A stretch of DNA of 64,000 nt. Source: a bacterium. Lineage in GTDB: Bacteria; Patescibacteriota; Patescibacteriia; UBA9934; GWF2-40-263. Numbering within the stretch: the stretch's first letter is position 1; each line of letters begins with the position of its first letter. Position numbers and translations under genes: made by a program. Under the pieces are notes generated by a model that did no database searches, was not told where the DNA came from, and saw nothing but the letters and a program-made list of their open reading frames with translations. The stretch is taken from positions 12,444 through 76,443 of the forward strand of contig JAGVFR010000028.1 of NCBI GenBank assembly GCA_020057555.1. The letters run 5' to 3'. Shown in pieces: positions 20,551 to 29,882 of the stretch.

Positions 20551-21630
20551 CTACAAATTAAGCCCTTCTGTGACAGAATAAATCGGAGTAAATATCGCCA
20601 AAGCGACAAACCCAACACAAAGTCCGATCAAAATAAGAAGTAGCGGTTCAATAACAGTAGATAAACTCTTGGCTTTGATAGCAACTTTTTGCTCATAAAA
20701 CCTTGATAAATAAGCAAGTGTCTCGCCAATACTTCCTGAACTCTCACCAATTGCAATCATACGCTGAACCATTTTTGGATATAGCTTTGGATACGAGGAA
20801 ATAATATCAGCAAAACTTTCTCCTGATTCGATCTTGTTTCGCATATCACGAACCGACATACGATAAACATAATTTGGAAGAACATTTCCGCCAATCTCAA
20901 GCGCTTCTTGAATCGGAACTCCGCTTTGAAGCATTGTTGAAAGCATGCGCGTAAAACGCGCTCGGTTAATATCGTGCACAAAGCTGTTGATAACCGGAAT
21001 CTTCAAAACCACGCGATGAACAATAGGATCCATAAATCTCTGTCTTACCAAAACAACAAACGCCAACGCTAAAATAAGAATCGCTGGCGATAGAATATAG
21101 CCATTCTTTTGAAATTTATCCGCAAGCCACATTACAACGCGTGTTGTAAGTGGCAACTCAACATCAAGAGAGCTAAAAATTCCCGCCATTTGCGGAAGCA
21201 CGAACGTTGCCATTGCAAGCCCAAGAATCAATGTCGCGCTTATAATTATTCCTGGATACAGCATTGCTCCTTGCACGTTTCTACGAACCTCCAAATCTTT
21301 TTCCATTTGTTCAGATAAATGCGTCAAATTTTCTGAAAGAGTTCCTGTGCTCTCACCTATTTTGACGGAACTTACAAAAATCGGACCAAAAACTCCAACT
21401 TCTTTTTCCATTGCGCTACCGAGCAACTCTCCTGATTGAACATCTTCATTCACACGACGCAAAATGCTTTTCACTCGTCCGCCGAATTGCTCAACCAGCG
21501 TATCTAGAGCTTCAGGAACAGTAACCCCGGCCTTAATCATGACAGCTAAATTCTGTGTCATTGTCACAATATCAACCGTTGAAACAGGCAAGATATTTAT
21601 TTCACGTTTGTACCAAGGTTTTTTTAACAT
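20551..21630 (-). CDS. pilC: Type IV pilus inner membrane platform protein (PilC/GspF)
   Basis: GESTGTL, AMLYP, GESSG, IEPLL; two T2SSF repeats. Confidence 0.93.
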   Translation of the reverse strand: MLKKPWYKREINILPVSTVDIVTMTQNLAVMIKAGVTVPEALDTLVEQFGGRVKSILRRVNEDVQSGELLGSAMEKEVGVFGPIFVSSVKIGESTGTLSENLTHLSEQMEKDLEVRRNVQGAMLYPGIIISATLILGLAMATFVLPQMAGIFSSLDVELPLTTRVVMWLADKFQKNGYILSPAILILALAFVVLVRQRFMDPIVHRVVLKIPVINSFVHDINRARFTRMLSTMLQSGVPIQEALEIGGNVLPNYVYRMSVRDMRNKIESGESFADIISSYPKLYPKMVQRMIAIGESSGSIGETLAYLSRFYEQKVAIKAKSLSTVIEPLLLILIGLCVGFVALAIFTPIYSVTEGLNL

Positions 21631-21632
21631 AT

Positions 21633-23333
21633 CTATTCTTTTGTAACTCTTAGCACTTCTTCAAGAGTAGTCTGGCCAATAAGCACTTTCCGCAAACCAT
21701 CATAAAGCATTGATGTCATTCCATTTTCCAAAGCGATCGAGTGGATCTCATCAGCATTTTTCTTTTCCATTATCGCCTCTCGAATCTTGTCGTCCACAAC
21801 CAACACCTCAAATATCCCGATACGTCCGTAAAATCCAGTACCGTGGCATACGGCACACCCCTTGCCATGAAAAGTCAGAAGAGATTTTAAAGTTTTTTCT
21901 TTGCCAACAAGCTCATCAAAATACTGTTTAACATGAGGCACTCGTAAAATTAATTGTTCTTGAAGTTTATCCATCGCGCGCGATTGAATACAACTCATGC
22001 AAATTTTTCGAACAAGACGCTGGGCAATGACTATATTTATCGTTGAAGCAAGTAAGAAATCCTCAACACCCATATCAGTCAAACGCACAAAAGCCGTTGC
22101 AGAGTCATTAGTGTGAAGAGTTGAAAGCACTAAATGGCCTGTCATGGCCGCATTCACCGCGATGCTGGCTGTTTCTTTGTCTCTGATCTCTCCAACCATA
22201 ATAATATCCGGGTCTTGTCGAACGATGGACCGCAAACCTTTTGCAAACGTGAGGCCTGTTTTCTCATTCACCTGAATTTGATTTACTCCTTCGATATCAA
22301 ACTCAACAGGATCCTCAATGGTTGTAATGTTCACCTCGCGCTGATTTAGGATACGCAACACAGCATAGAGTGTTGTGGTTTTCCCAGACCCTGTTGGACC
22401 TGTAACCAAAATAGACCCCCATGGCTTGTGTATTACGTCTGATACTTTGTTATAATCCTGCGCGCTAAAACCCAAATCTGATATCGCGTACGCGTGAGAC
22501 TGATCTGACAACAATCGCATCACAGCTTTTTCAGCGTGCGTTGTAGGTAAAATAGATATACGAATCTCCACATCATCTCCCCAAGGGGTTTTATAGACGA
22601 TCTTGCCGTCTTGCGCCGTTCGATGCTCATCAATCGCAAGTCGAGCTAAAACTTTAAGACGTGTCATAATATTTTCATGCAGACTCACAGGCAACTCGGC
22701 AATATCATGCAAAATCCCATCTTGGCGATAGCGCACTATCGTATACTTATCTTCCGGCTCGATATGAATGTCCGAAGCTCCCCCTTGATATGCGTAATCA
22801 ATTATCTTGCTCACAAGCTCGATTGTGCGTGTGTCAGCTCCAATGTCTCCAGATGCCGAACGATCAACGATCATCTTGAAAGCTTCTTTTGGATCTGTTT
22901 GAAAAAGGTGCATGTGCGAACGCAAATCTTTTGGCGTTGCATAGGAAAACTTAACTTGTTTTCGCAAATACTTTTCAAGAGTTGTGCGTTCAAGCACGTC
23001 ATCAGGTGACGAAGTGGCGACAATAATGTCTTCTTCAGTTTGTTTTATCGGAAGAAGTTCGTGTGTACGGGCAAAAGATTCAGGAATAAGAAGCGCTGTT
23101 TTGAAATCAATATCTTTCTGACGGAGATTTACAAACGGAATATCGTACCAAGCCGCTATAAGTTGCCCGACTTCTTCGTCTCTTAGCACTCCACTTGCAA
23201 CCAATACTCCGTCAATTCCTATTTCGTTCGCTTCTTTTGTTTGCGCGGCTTTATTAAATAAATCTTCTTTCACACCACCTGAAGCCACAAGAGCTTTATA
23301 TAATTGATCTTGATTCATCGACATAGTATTCAT
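21633..23333 (-). CDS. pilB: Type IV pilus assembly ATPase (PilB/GspE)
   Basis: ASDIHIEP, GPTGSGKTTTL, TIEDPVE, RQDPDIIMVGEIRD, GHLVLSTLHTN, two CxxC motifs. True start may be 23324. Confidence 0.95.
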   Translation of the reverse strand: MNTMSMNQDQLYKALVASGGVKEDLFNKAAQTKEANEIGIDGVLVASGVLRDEEVGQLIAAWYDIPFVNLRQKDIDFKTALLIPESFARTHELLPIKQTEEDIIVATSSPDDVLERTTLEKYLRKQVKFSYATPKDLRSHMHLFQTDPKEAFKMIVDRSASGDIGADTRTIELVSKIIDYAYQGGASDIHIEPEDKYTIVRYRQDGILHDIAELPVSLHENIMTRLKVLARLAIDEHRTAQDGKIVYKTPWGDDVEIRISILPTTHAEKAVMRLLSDQSHAYAISDLGFSAQDYNKVSDVIHKPWGSILVTGPTGSGKTTTLYAVLRILNQREVNITTIEDPVEFDIEGVNQIQVNEKTGLTFAKGLRSIVRQDPDIIMVGEIRDKETASIAVNAAMTGHLVLSTLHTNDSATAFVRLTDMGVEDFLLASTINIVIAQRLVRKICMSCIQSRAMDKLQEQLILRVPHVKQYFDELVGKEKTLKSLLTFHGKGCAVCHGTGFYGRIGIFEVLVVDDKIREAIMEKKNADEIHSIALENGMTSMLYDGLRKVLIGQTTLEEVLRVTKE

Positions 23334-23376
23334 AGTATACCAAAAAACAGCCTATTGTGGACTGTTTTAATAATTT

Positions 23377-23751
23377 CTAGAACTGTGACTTAATTTTCTC
23401 AACAACAACCGATATTGGCGTGTCAGATTTGATTAAATATTCTTTGGCTCCAGACGCTTTAATTTTATTCACATCTTCTTGCTGGCCAAGGTTACTTAAC
23501 ACAATAACCGGAACCGCTATTTTCTTTTTTCCCATTTCTTCCAAAACATCAAAGCCACTCATTAGGGGCATGAGAAGATCAAGCAGTACCAAATCCACTT
23601 GGTGTTTTTTTAGCGCTTCCAAACCTTCGACTCCATTTGTTGTGGTTAATACCTTAAATCCGGATTCTTCAAGGTTTGTTTTGAGGATTTCCAACAAAGC
23701 CTTTTCGTCTTCCACAATAAGGATTGTTCTTTTTTGGTCTTGTGTCCCCAT
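23377..23751 (-). CDS. Single-domain response regulator
   Basis: ILIVEDE, LLDLLMP, VIVLSN, YLIK. Confidence 0.93.
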   Translation of the reverse strand: MGTQDQKRTILIVEDEKALLEILKTNLEESGFKVLTTTNGVEGLEALKKHQVDLVLLDLLMPLMSGFDVLEEMGKKKIAVPVIVLSNLGQQEDVNKIKASGAKEYLIKSDTPISVVVEKIKSQF

Positions 23752-23762
23752 ATTTTATAAAT

Positions 23763-25256
23763 TTATGTGTTTTGTTTAAACATGCCATCAGTCCTCAAAG
23801 GTAATATAACATGAAAAGTGGTTCCTTTGCCAACTTGCGAAGTAAAACCTATTGTTCCGCCTATTTTTTGAACAATGGATTTTACGATATAAAGCCCCAA
23901 CCCTGTCCCCTGTGTGTCCATTCTCTGGGCATTGTCAGCCCTAAACAATTTGGTGAAAATCTTGTCTTTTTGATCTTCTGGAATGCCTAATCCTGTATCT
24001 GAAACTGAAATTCGAACACTGGCGTCTTCTTTTTTTATTAACAATTCAATGTTACCTCCGTCAGGTGTGTATTTAATGGCGTTTGATAATAAATTTTGAA
24101 AAATGATTCCTGTTAGTTTTTTGTCAAGATGCATTGGCGGGATTGTGTCATCACCTGAAAAAACAAAAGAATGTTTATTCTTTGAAAACTCCGGTTCAAA
24201 CTCTTTTATAACATCACGAGCGAGTTGCATGAGATCAATAACTTCTGGTTGAATTGTAAAAGTTCCCATTTCCAATCTCGAAACATTCAACAGGGATCCG
24301 ACAAGCTCGGACATACGTTTTGAGCTTTCGTAAATTCTCTCGACAAATTGTTTTTGTTGCGGACTAAACTCGGAAGCTCTTCTGTTTGATAGCAGTGTCT
24401 CCGTATACCAGTTGATTGCGGATAATGGAGTTCTAAGTTGATGTGAAGCTAAAGACACAAACTCCGTTTTTGCTTTATCAATCTCTTTTTCTTTTGTAAC
24501 ATCGCGCACAACAGCAATGGCTCCGGTCACTTCGTTTTGAAATATGATCGGTGAAACAGTTATTGATACAGGAAAAATGGACTTATCCTTTCGTTCGTAA
24601 TAACTGACAAAAGAAGATGTCGTTCCTTCGCTTAGTGTGTGAGCCAAAGGACGTTCAGCGGACGGAATTACAGCGCCATTATCGTCCACCATTTTAATTA
24701 CATCAACCAATTTCTTACCGATTACTTCTTCCGACCTCCAACCAAGCATATCCGCCAATACTTTATTGAAAAGAACAACATCCCCTTCTTTATCTGTCGC
24801 AAGAACCCCGTCTCCAATGCTGTTTAGCATTGCTTCGTCTTTTACTTGTTCGCGCTTCAATTCGTTTTCCCTATCTTGTATGTCCTGTTGTAAATTCACA
24901 TTGGACGCTTGAAGCTTCTTTGCAAAACGATCCACAACAGAGCCAAGACGACCAATCACACCGCTCAATGCCACGTTCGAACGCGCTGTAAAGTCTCCAT
25001 GTGAAAGACGTTCTAAAACGTACACTATTTTATTTATTGACTTACTCGAGATGCGTATGAAAAGAAAAAATAGAACTAACAATAAAAATAAAATCAACCA
25101 CTGAGTTTGTGTGAAAAAAACTACCCGTAATGTTCTCCATGTATCGTGAAAGAACCTTAAGATCGTGTCTGCGTCTGAAACAAAAACCATTGATACAATT
25201 AGCAAGCCGACCAGTAGAGCGATAGAAGGAAGTAACCAATTGGGTAACCGTTTCAT
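23763..25256 (-). CDS. Membrane HAMP-PAS sensor histidine kinase
   Basis: Two TM segments, PAS, ASHQLRTPL H-box, NLLSNAIKY, DTGLGI, GTGLGL. Confidence 0.95.
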   Translation of the reverse strand: MKRLPNWLLPSIALLVGLLIVSMVFVSDADTILRFFHDTWRTLRVVFFTQTQWLILFLLLVLFFLFIRISSKSINKIVYVLERLSHGDFTARSNVALSGVIGRLGSVVDRFAKKLQASNVNLQQDIQDRENELKREQVKDEAMLNSIGDGVLATDKEGDVVLFNKVLADMLGWRSEEVIGKKLVDVIKMVDDNGAVIPSAERPLAHTLSEGTTSSFVSYYERKDKSIFPVSITVSPIIFQNEVTGAIAVVRDVTKEKEIDKAKTEFVSLASHQLRTPLSAINWYTETLLSNRRASEFSPQQKQFVERIYESSKRMSELVGSLLNVSRLEMGTFTIQPEVIDLMQLARDVIKEFEPEFSKNKHSFVFSGDDTIPPMHLDKKLTGIIFQNLLSNAIKYTPDGGNIELLIKKEDASVRISVSDTGLGIPEDQKDKIFTKLFRADNAQRMDTQGTGLGLYIVKSIVQKIGGTIGFTSQVGKGTTFHVILPLRTDGMFKQNT

Positions 25257-25263
25257 AATTTTT

Positions 25264-26175
25264 TTAGAAAGGAGTTGCTGAAATAACACTTGTTCCAGAG
25301 CAAAGTCCGCTTACAACATCCGGCATAACAATGTTCCAATATAGCGACTTTGAAAGTCCAACATCGTCGTCTGTGCCAACACTTAAACCTGTGTTTATCG
25401 GAGAAGATGTAAGCGCGTTTGATAACACGTCTCCAGCGCCAACATCAGACAGACTCCATTGAATATCTTCTAATGGAATACTTCCGTTAACACTGCACGT
25501 CATACTCGAGCCAGACACCTCAACGGACACTATGTCGTTTCCTTGCTGGAGAAGAGTAAATTCAACATTATTCTGCGGAGTTGTCGCTTGCGCTCTAGTC
25601 AGAGTTCCAAAATCTAATGTCTGTGGAATTAAAAGCGCGAGAATTGTATTGATCTCGGTTTCTTTTATTGTTGAATCAACACTTTGCGCGTCGTCTTTGG
25701 CAACAACCTCTGCATTCCAAACTTCTGATTCGTGCGTTCCGCCAGTCATTGTTGAGTCCGCAATATAACTCAACTCTATAAGACAAGAATAATTGAGCAC
25801 AGTGCCTGAATTTGGAGTTACACTGCAATAAACACGATAACAGTCATTTGGATCAGGTGTGCAATTCGCGCCAATATTAGAGCGGTAGAATTGTAATTCA
25901 ATGGTATTTATGTCCCCGTCTTCATAACTTGTCCCGACTCCATCCTCATCAAACACTCTTCCGTTTACATAAATGTTTTTTGTCGCGCCAACAGCAGGTG
26001 TAATAGGATTTGAGACAGAATAAAAATCTGAATAATTAAAAGCGTAATTATTTACAAAAACATCCTGCACAGCTGGCGGATGGTTTACTTGCGCGCGAAC
26101 AACAGCGAAAAAAAACATTACGGTAAAAATTACCGAAATCGCAACAAAAAATTGTTTAATAAAATGTTTGTTCAT
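25264..26175 (-). CDS. Secreted Cys-containing two-domain beta protein, paralog of 26524-27501 (putative minor/tip fimbrial subunit)
   Basis: Signal peptide ending VRA; alignable over its whole length with 26524-27501, including 6 Cys, QWSL and LYWNI. Function is inferred. Confidence 0.7.
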   Translation of the reverse strand: MNKHFIKQFFVAISVIFTVMFFFAVVRAQVNHPPAVQDVFVNNYAFNYSDFYSVSNPITPAVGATKNIYVNGRVFDEDGVGTSYEDGDINTIELQFYRSNIGANCTPDPNDCYRVYCSVTPNSGTVLNYSCLIELSYIADSTMTGGTHESEVWNAEVVAKDDAQSVDSTIKETEINTILALLIPQTLDFGTLTRAQATTPQNNVEFTLLQQGNDIVSVEVSGSSMTCSVNGSIPLEDIQWSLSDVGAGDVLSNALTSSPINTGLSVGTDDDVGLSKSLYWNIVMPDVVSGLCSGTSVISATPF

Positions 26176-26209
26176 GTAGATTGCTTTTATTTTACCACAC
26201 TCGCTGAAA

Positions 26210-26245
26210 ATCAAAACCCACCGAGGAAATTTCGGTGGGTTTTAG
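26210..26245 (-). terminator. Intrinsic terminator after the 27501-26256 dicistron
   Basis: Plus-strand reading AAAACCCACCGA-ggaaatt-TCGGTGGGTTTT. Confidence 0.75.
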
Positions 26246-26255
26246 TTTTTTCTAA

Positions 26256-26501
26256 TTACTCTTTTACTGTTACAGAAGTCTTAACATCTTGATTTGCGAC
26301 TGACACAGATGTTTTAACTCCTTTTGATTCTCCTGATTTCACCACATCCTGACCTGAGCCAGGGTTCACTTTTGCTGATGATGCTTGTTGGGTCGAAGCT
26401 CCTTCAGTAACCACTTTTGGCGCGTTAAGGATTGAAATGACCAGCAACGCGGCCAATAATGCCACGACGACCCCCAGAATTGGCAAAGATTTTGAATTCA
26501 T
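26256..26501 (-). CDS. 81-aa membrane-anchored protein with tandem VKTSVxV repeats (putative fimbrial anchor)
   Basis: N-terminal TM; KGVKTSVSVAN and QDVKTSVTVKE repeats, also visible in the DNA. Confidence 0.7.
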   Translation of the reverse strand: MNSKSLPILGVVVALLAALLVISILNAPKVVTEGASTQQASSAKVNPGSGQDVVKSGESKGVKTSVSVANQDVKTSVTVKE

Positions 26502-26523
26502 ACAATTACGTAGGGGTAATTTA

Positions 26524-27501
26524 TTAACTTGCGATTGCTGTTATTGTGTTTGTGCCTGAACATGTTCCTGTTACTGCGGCTGGCATGCCGATATTCCAAT
26601 ATAGAATCTTTGTAAGTGGGGTAGCATCAATTGTTCTGTAACCGATAGCAAAATTCGTATCAACTGCTGATGCAGTTAAATCAGTTCCACTACTATACAC
26701 AACATCGGTCAACGACCACTCTTGAGAAGCAATAGGAACCGTACCAAGAACAGTACAAGGCATGGTTGTTCCTGAAACTTCAACATCAGCTACATCATTG
26801 CCATTTTGTGTGATTGTCATTTCTTGATTATTCGCAGTGGTAGTTTCTTGAGCTCGTGTAAGTGTTCCATAATTAATTGTCCCAGGAATGACAAGTGAAA
26901 GCAGTGTTCCAACTTCCGCTGTATTTACAGTCGCGTTAACATTATTTGCCGTTGAATCATCGATTGCTTGCACAGAAGCTACCCATGTTTTTGTAGAGTC
27001 CGGCCCGCCTGCTGAAGTGGAATCTGCGTATGCTGCAAGGTTGAGTGTACAGTCATAATAAATCTGTGTTGCTGTATTGCCGGTGAGTGTGCAAGCAGTT
27101 GCTTTATAACAATCATTATTATCTACTGTGCAGTTTCTGCCACCACTGACATCAGAGCGAAAGAATGTCACGTTTATATCGTTCAAATCTCCGTTCGCAT
27201 AACTCGTATCAACGCCGTTTTGGTCTGTAACGGCTCCGTTGATATGGATCTCTTTTGTTGCACCAGGAACAAGTGTAATCGCGGTCGTTCCATCATTGTA
27301 CTCTGCTGTGCGACCGTTTGCCGCATTAGTGATGTATACGGAGTCCACAACAGGTGTCACGTTTGTGACGCCTGCTGATGTTGAAACGCTATCTGCTTGC
27401 GACCTAACACTAACAAGAGCCACGAGAACAAAGAGTCCAATAAGGACTAAAGCTCCTCCAAGAATCCATTGAAGGGCTGCTGAATTTTTTGTTTCAGTCA
27501 T
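26524..27501 (-). CDS. Secreted Thr/Asn-rich two-domain beta protein (putative major fimbrial subunit, WxL-like C-terminus)
   Basis: Signal peptide ending SQA; EWSL and LYWNI motifs; own extended -10 TGCTATAAT at 27565..27557. Confidence 0.72.
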   Translation of the reverse strand: MTETKNSAALQWILGGALVLIGLFVLVALVSVRSQADSVSTSAGVTNVTPVVDSVYITNAANGRTAEYNDGTTAITLVPGATKEIHINGAVTDQNGVDTSYANGDLNDINVTFFRSDVSGGRNCTVDNNDCYKATACTLTGNTATQIYYDCTLNLAAYADSTSAGGPDSTKTWVASVQAIDDSTANNVNATVNTAEVGTLLSLVIPGTINYGTLTRAQETTTANNQEMTITQNGNDVADVEVSGTTMPCTVLGTVPIASQEWSLTDVVYSSGTDLTASAVDTNFAIGYRTIDATPLTKILYWNIGMPAAVTGTCSGTNTITAIAS

Positions 27502-27579
27502 ATTATTTTTATGAAGACATTAATTTGTCTTCATTTAAGAAAATTTCTTAAAAGAATTATAGCATTTTAAGCTCGCTTC

Positions 27580-28968
27580 TCAAAAAAGTTTATCCACAGT
27601 CCCAGAATCTACAGATGGAGTTTGAGGAGAAAGAGGAGGAAGTGGTTCGTGTGGCGGTTCAGGCGAAGGTGGTGGTGGTGGTGGTGGTGGTGGTGGTGGA
27701 AGAATTACTTTTTTCTTTCGCTTGTTTCTATATAGTATAACACCAGCAAATAGCAAAACTACTAGAATACCTAAACCGATAAACGAATTTGCGAACGATC
27801 CGGCTTTTCCAAAAATTGACCCACCGATTCCTGAACCGGAAACTTCAAATGAAACTTTTTGCGCATCAGTTCGTCTTTTCCCATATTCAATATACGCTTC
27901 AATAGTATACATTCCTTTGTTTGAGCCGGGATCATATATTTCAGAAAAGACCATCTCATCGCCTCTTCCTACCACATAGCTCTTGCCTCGTAATATATCA
28001 ACCACTTCATCCCCTCGATAAACAGAAGCTACAAATACCGCGTCAACATCAACTTCACCTGTATTTTGAAACACAACATCCACTTTTACCTTTTCACCGA
28101 GATTGTAACTTGGTTTATTTACGCTCACGCCTGAAATTTCCCCTTCTTGCGCAAGAGTACCTTCTGTATAAACAATGAGCGGACTTACTGCTTGCAGTGT
28201 TCCAACTTCTGCCCCGTTTGAATAAAAGACAGCTTGCACTTTATATGACCCTTCAATAAGCTTGGGTTCAAGCATGATAGGAAATTGTTGATACGGCTTT
28301 CCAGCTATAACTGGCTCAATCCCGGAACTTGGAACCTCAACACTTTCAATAAATTTTTCATCTTCGGTATTTATAAAATCAAAACGAATTTTTTCAATTC
28401 GCCAATCAACATTTCCAGTATTGCTGACTTGATATGTTGCTTGAACTACTCTTCCAACTTCTGTTTGATCAACGGAAAACGCTTCGAGTTTATAAGCGAG
28501 ATTTTCCACGCCTCCAACAGTAACCAAAATCTGCGCCGTAACTCCGGTAACGACCATGTTGCCTGTTTTAACATCTTCACCCAAAGCTTCTTCATTTATT
28601 TTCAAAAACCGCAAACGCACTTCATAATTTCCATTTGGTGCGTCCCCTGGATTTATATCAAATTCATACTGAACAGAATTCTGCCCGCTTAACATCACAA
28701 TATCTTCCTCACCGCTTATAATAAAAGCCGCGTTTTCTCCTGCTGGAACAACATGTATCTTGACGTTACCTATGTCTTCCGGCGCACGATAAAGTCCCAC
28801 TGTTCTTGATTGTGTTGTATTTCTCAAAATTGAAGGAATCTCAACGGTCGGAGGCGACAATCCAAGCGCCAAAGCCGGATGAACGAAAAAAAAGAATCCT
28901 CCAATTATCAACAATAACGAGAGGAAACCTCCGCGCAACATACTCAAAGATAAAATTGATGTTTGCAT
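27580..28968 (-). CDS. Multi-Ig membrane-anchored protein (DUF916/WxL-partner-like) with poly-Pro tail
   Basis: ALA|LGLSPP start, NTGN/NTGE motifs, C-terminal TM plus basic stretch plus 11 consecutive Pro. Confidence 0.7.
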   Translation of the reverse strand: MQTSILSLSMLRGGFLSLLLIIGGFFFFVHPALALGLSPPTVEIPSILRNTTQSRTVGLYRAPEDIGNVKIHVVPAGENAAFIISGEEDIVMLSGQNSVQYEFDINPGDAPNGNYEVRLRFLKINEEALGEDVKTGNMVVTGVTAQILVTVGGVENLAYKLEAFSVDQTEVGRVVQATYQVSNTGNVDWRIEKIRFDFINTEDEKFIESVEVPSSGIEPVIAGKPYQQFPIMLEPKLIEGSYKVQAVFYSNGAEVGTLQAVSPLIVYTEGTLAQEGEISGVSVNKPSYNLGEKVKVDVVFQNTGEVDVDAVFVASVYRGDEVVDILRGKSYVVGRGDEMVFSEIYDPGSNKGMYTIEAYIEYGKRRTDAQKVSFEVSGSGIGGSIFGKAGSFANSFIGLGILVVLLFAGVILYRNKRKKKVILPPPPPPPPPPPSPEPPHEPLPPLSPQTPSVDSGTVDKLF

Positions 28969-28974
28969 AAATCT

Positions 28975-29319
28975 TTATCTGAATGAAACAAAAACTATGA
29001 GCAGTGTGATTATTAAAAACAAACCAGACACATATAACATTGTTTTAAGTTTATCAACATTTTTGGAATATGCAAAATAAGAATGTTGATATGACGAATT
29101 TGGATCTCGAGAATAAATCTTTTCAAAACTTTTTGCCTTGTCGCTAAATGCCATTAAAGGCACATGCTTTGCATCGTCCGATGTTATGAAAGCATGAAGA
29201 ATTGTTGAAGCTAAAAAACCGATTGAGAATCCCCAAAATAATTGATAAGCGGCAATCAAACGAAATAGATCAATAAGATCTGTCATGATTGCCTGAAGTC
29301 CAAAGAAAAAATTATCCAT
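28975..29319 (-). CDS. Small membrane protein, hypothetical
   Basis: Two hydrophobic segments; GAGG SD and TGaTATAAT upstream. Confidence 0.7.
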   Translation of the reverse strand: MDNFFFGLQAIMTDLIDLFRLIAAYQLFWGFSIGFLASTILHAFITSDDAKHVPLMAFSDKAKSFEKIYSRDPNSSYQHSYFAYSKNVDKLKTMLYVSGLFLIITLLIVFVSFR

Positions 29320-29369
29320 ACCTCTATTTTATGTTATTATATCAGAAATCACAAAGCAATTGTATACAC

Positions 29370-29882
29370 ATGTTCCTATTCTACATTAAACAGACATTCA
29401 AGATCGTTATCGCGTTCGTGTTGATTTTATTATTTGTCAGAGCTTTTATTGCTGAACCAGGACGCGTTAACGGCCGTTCAATGGAACTCACTTTTCTTGA
29501 CGAAGATTTTTTTGTTGTAAATAAATTTACGCTTTTGTTTCGCGAACCGCGTAGAGGAGACGTAGTTCAATTCATTGATCAAAAAGAGAAAAAAGTCGTT
29601 ATCAAACGCGTGATCGGGCTTCCTGGAGACAAACTCTCCATTAAAGACGGGAGGGTATTTTTACTTCAACAAAATATAGGATGGGTCGAGCTTCAGGAAA
29701 GCTATCTAGCTCCTGGAATAAAAACTTATTCAGAAACACAACAAGACACAATTTATCTTCCAGTTCCTGAACATTCATATTTTCTAATGGGAGATAATAG
29801 ACCAATGAGCGGGGACTCGCGTGTTTACGGTTCTGTTCATAGATCCGCTATTTACGGGCTTGTTATTCGACCGAATTTTTGA
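29370..29882 (+). CDS. lepB: Signal peptidase I (S26)
   Basis: GRSM (Ser), IKRVIGLPGD (Lys), GDNRPMSGDSR. Confidence 0.93.
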   Translation: MFLFYIKQTFKIVIAFVLILLFVRAFIAEPGRVNGRSMELTFLDEDFFVVNKFTLLFREPRRGDVVQFIDQKEKKVVIKRVIGLPGDKLSIKDGRVFLLQQNIGWVELQESYLAPGIKTYSETQQDTIYLPVPEHSYFLMGDNRPMSGDSRVYGSVHRSAIYGLVIRPNF

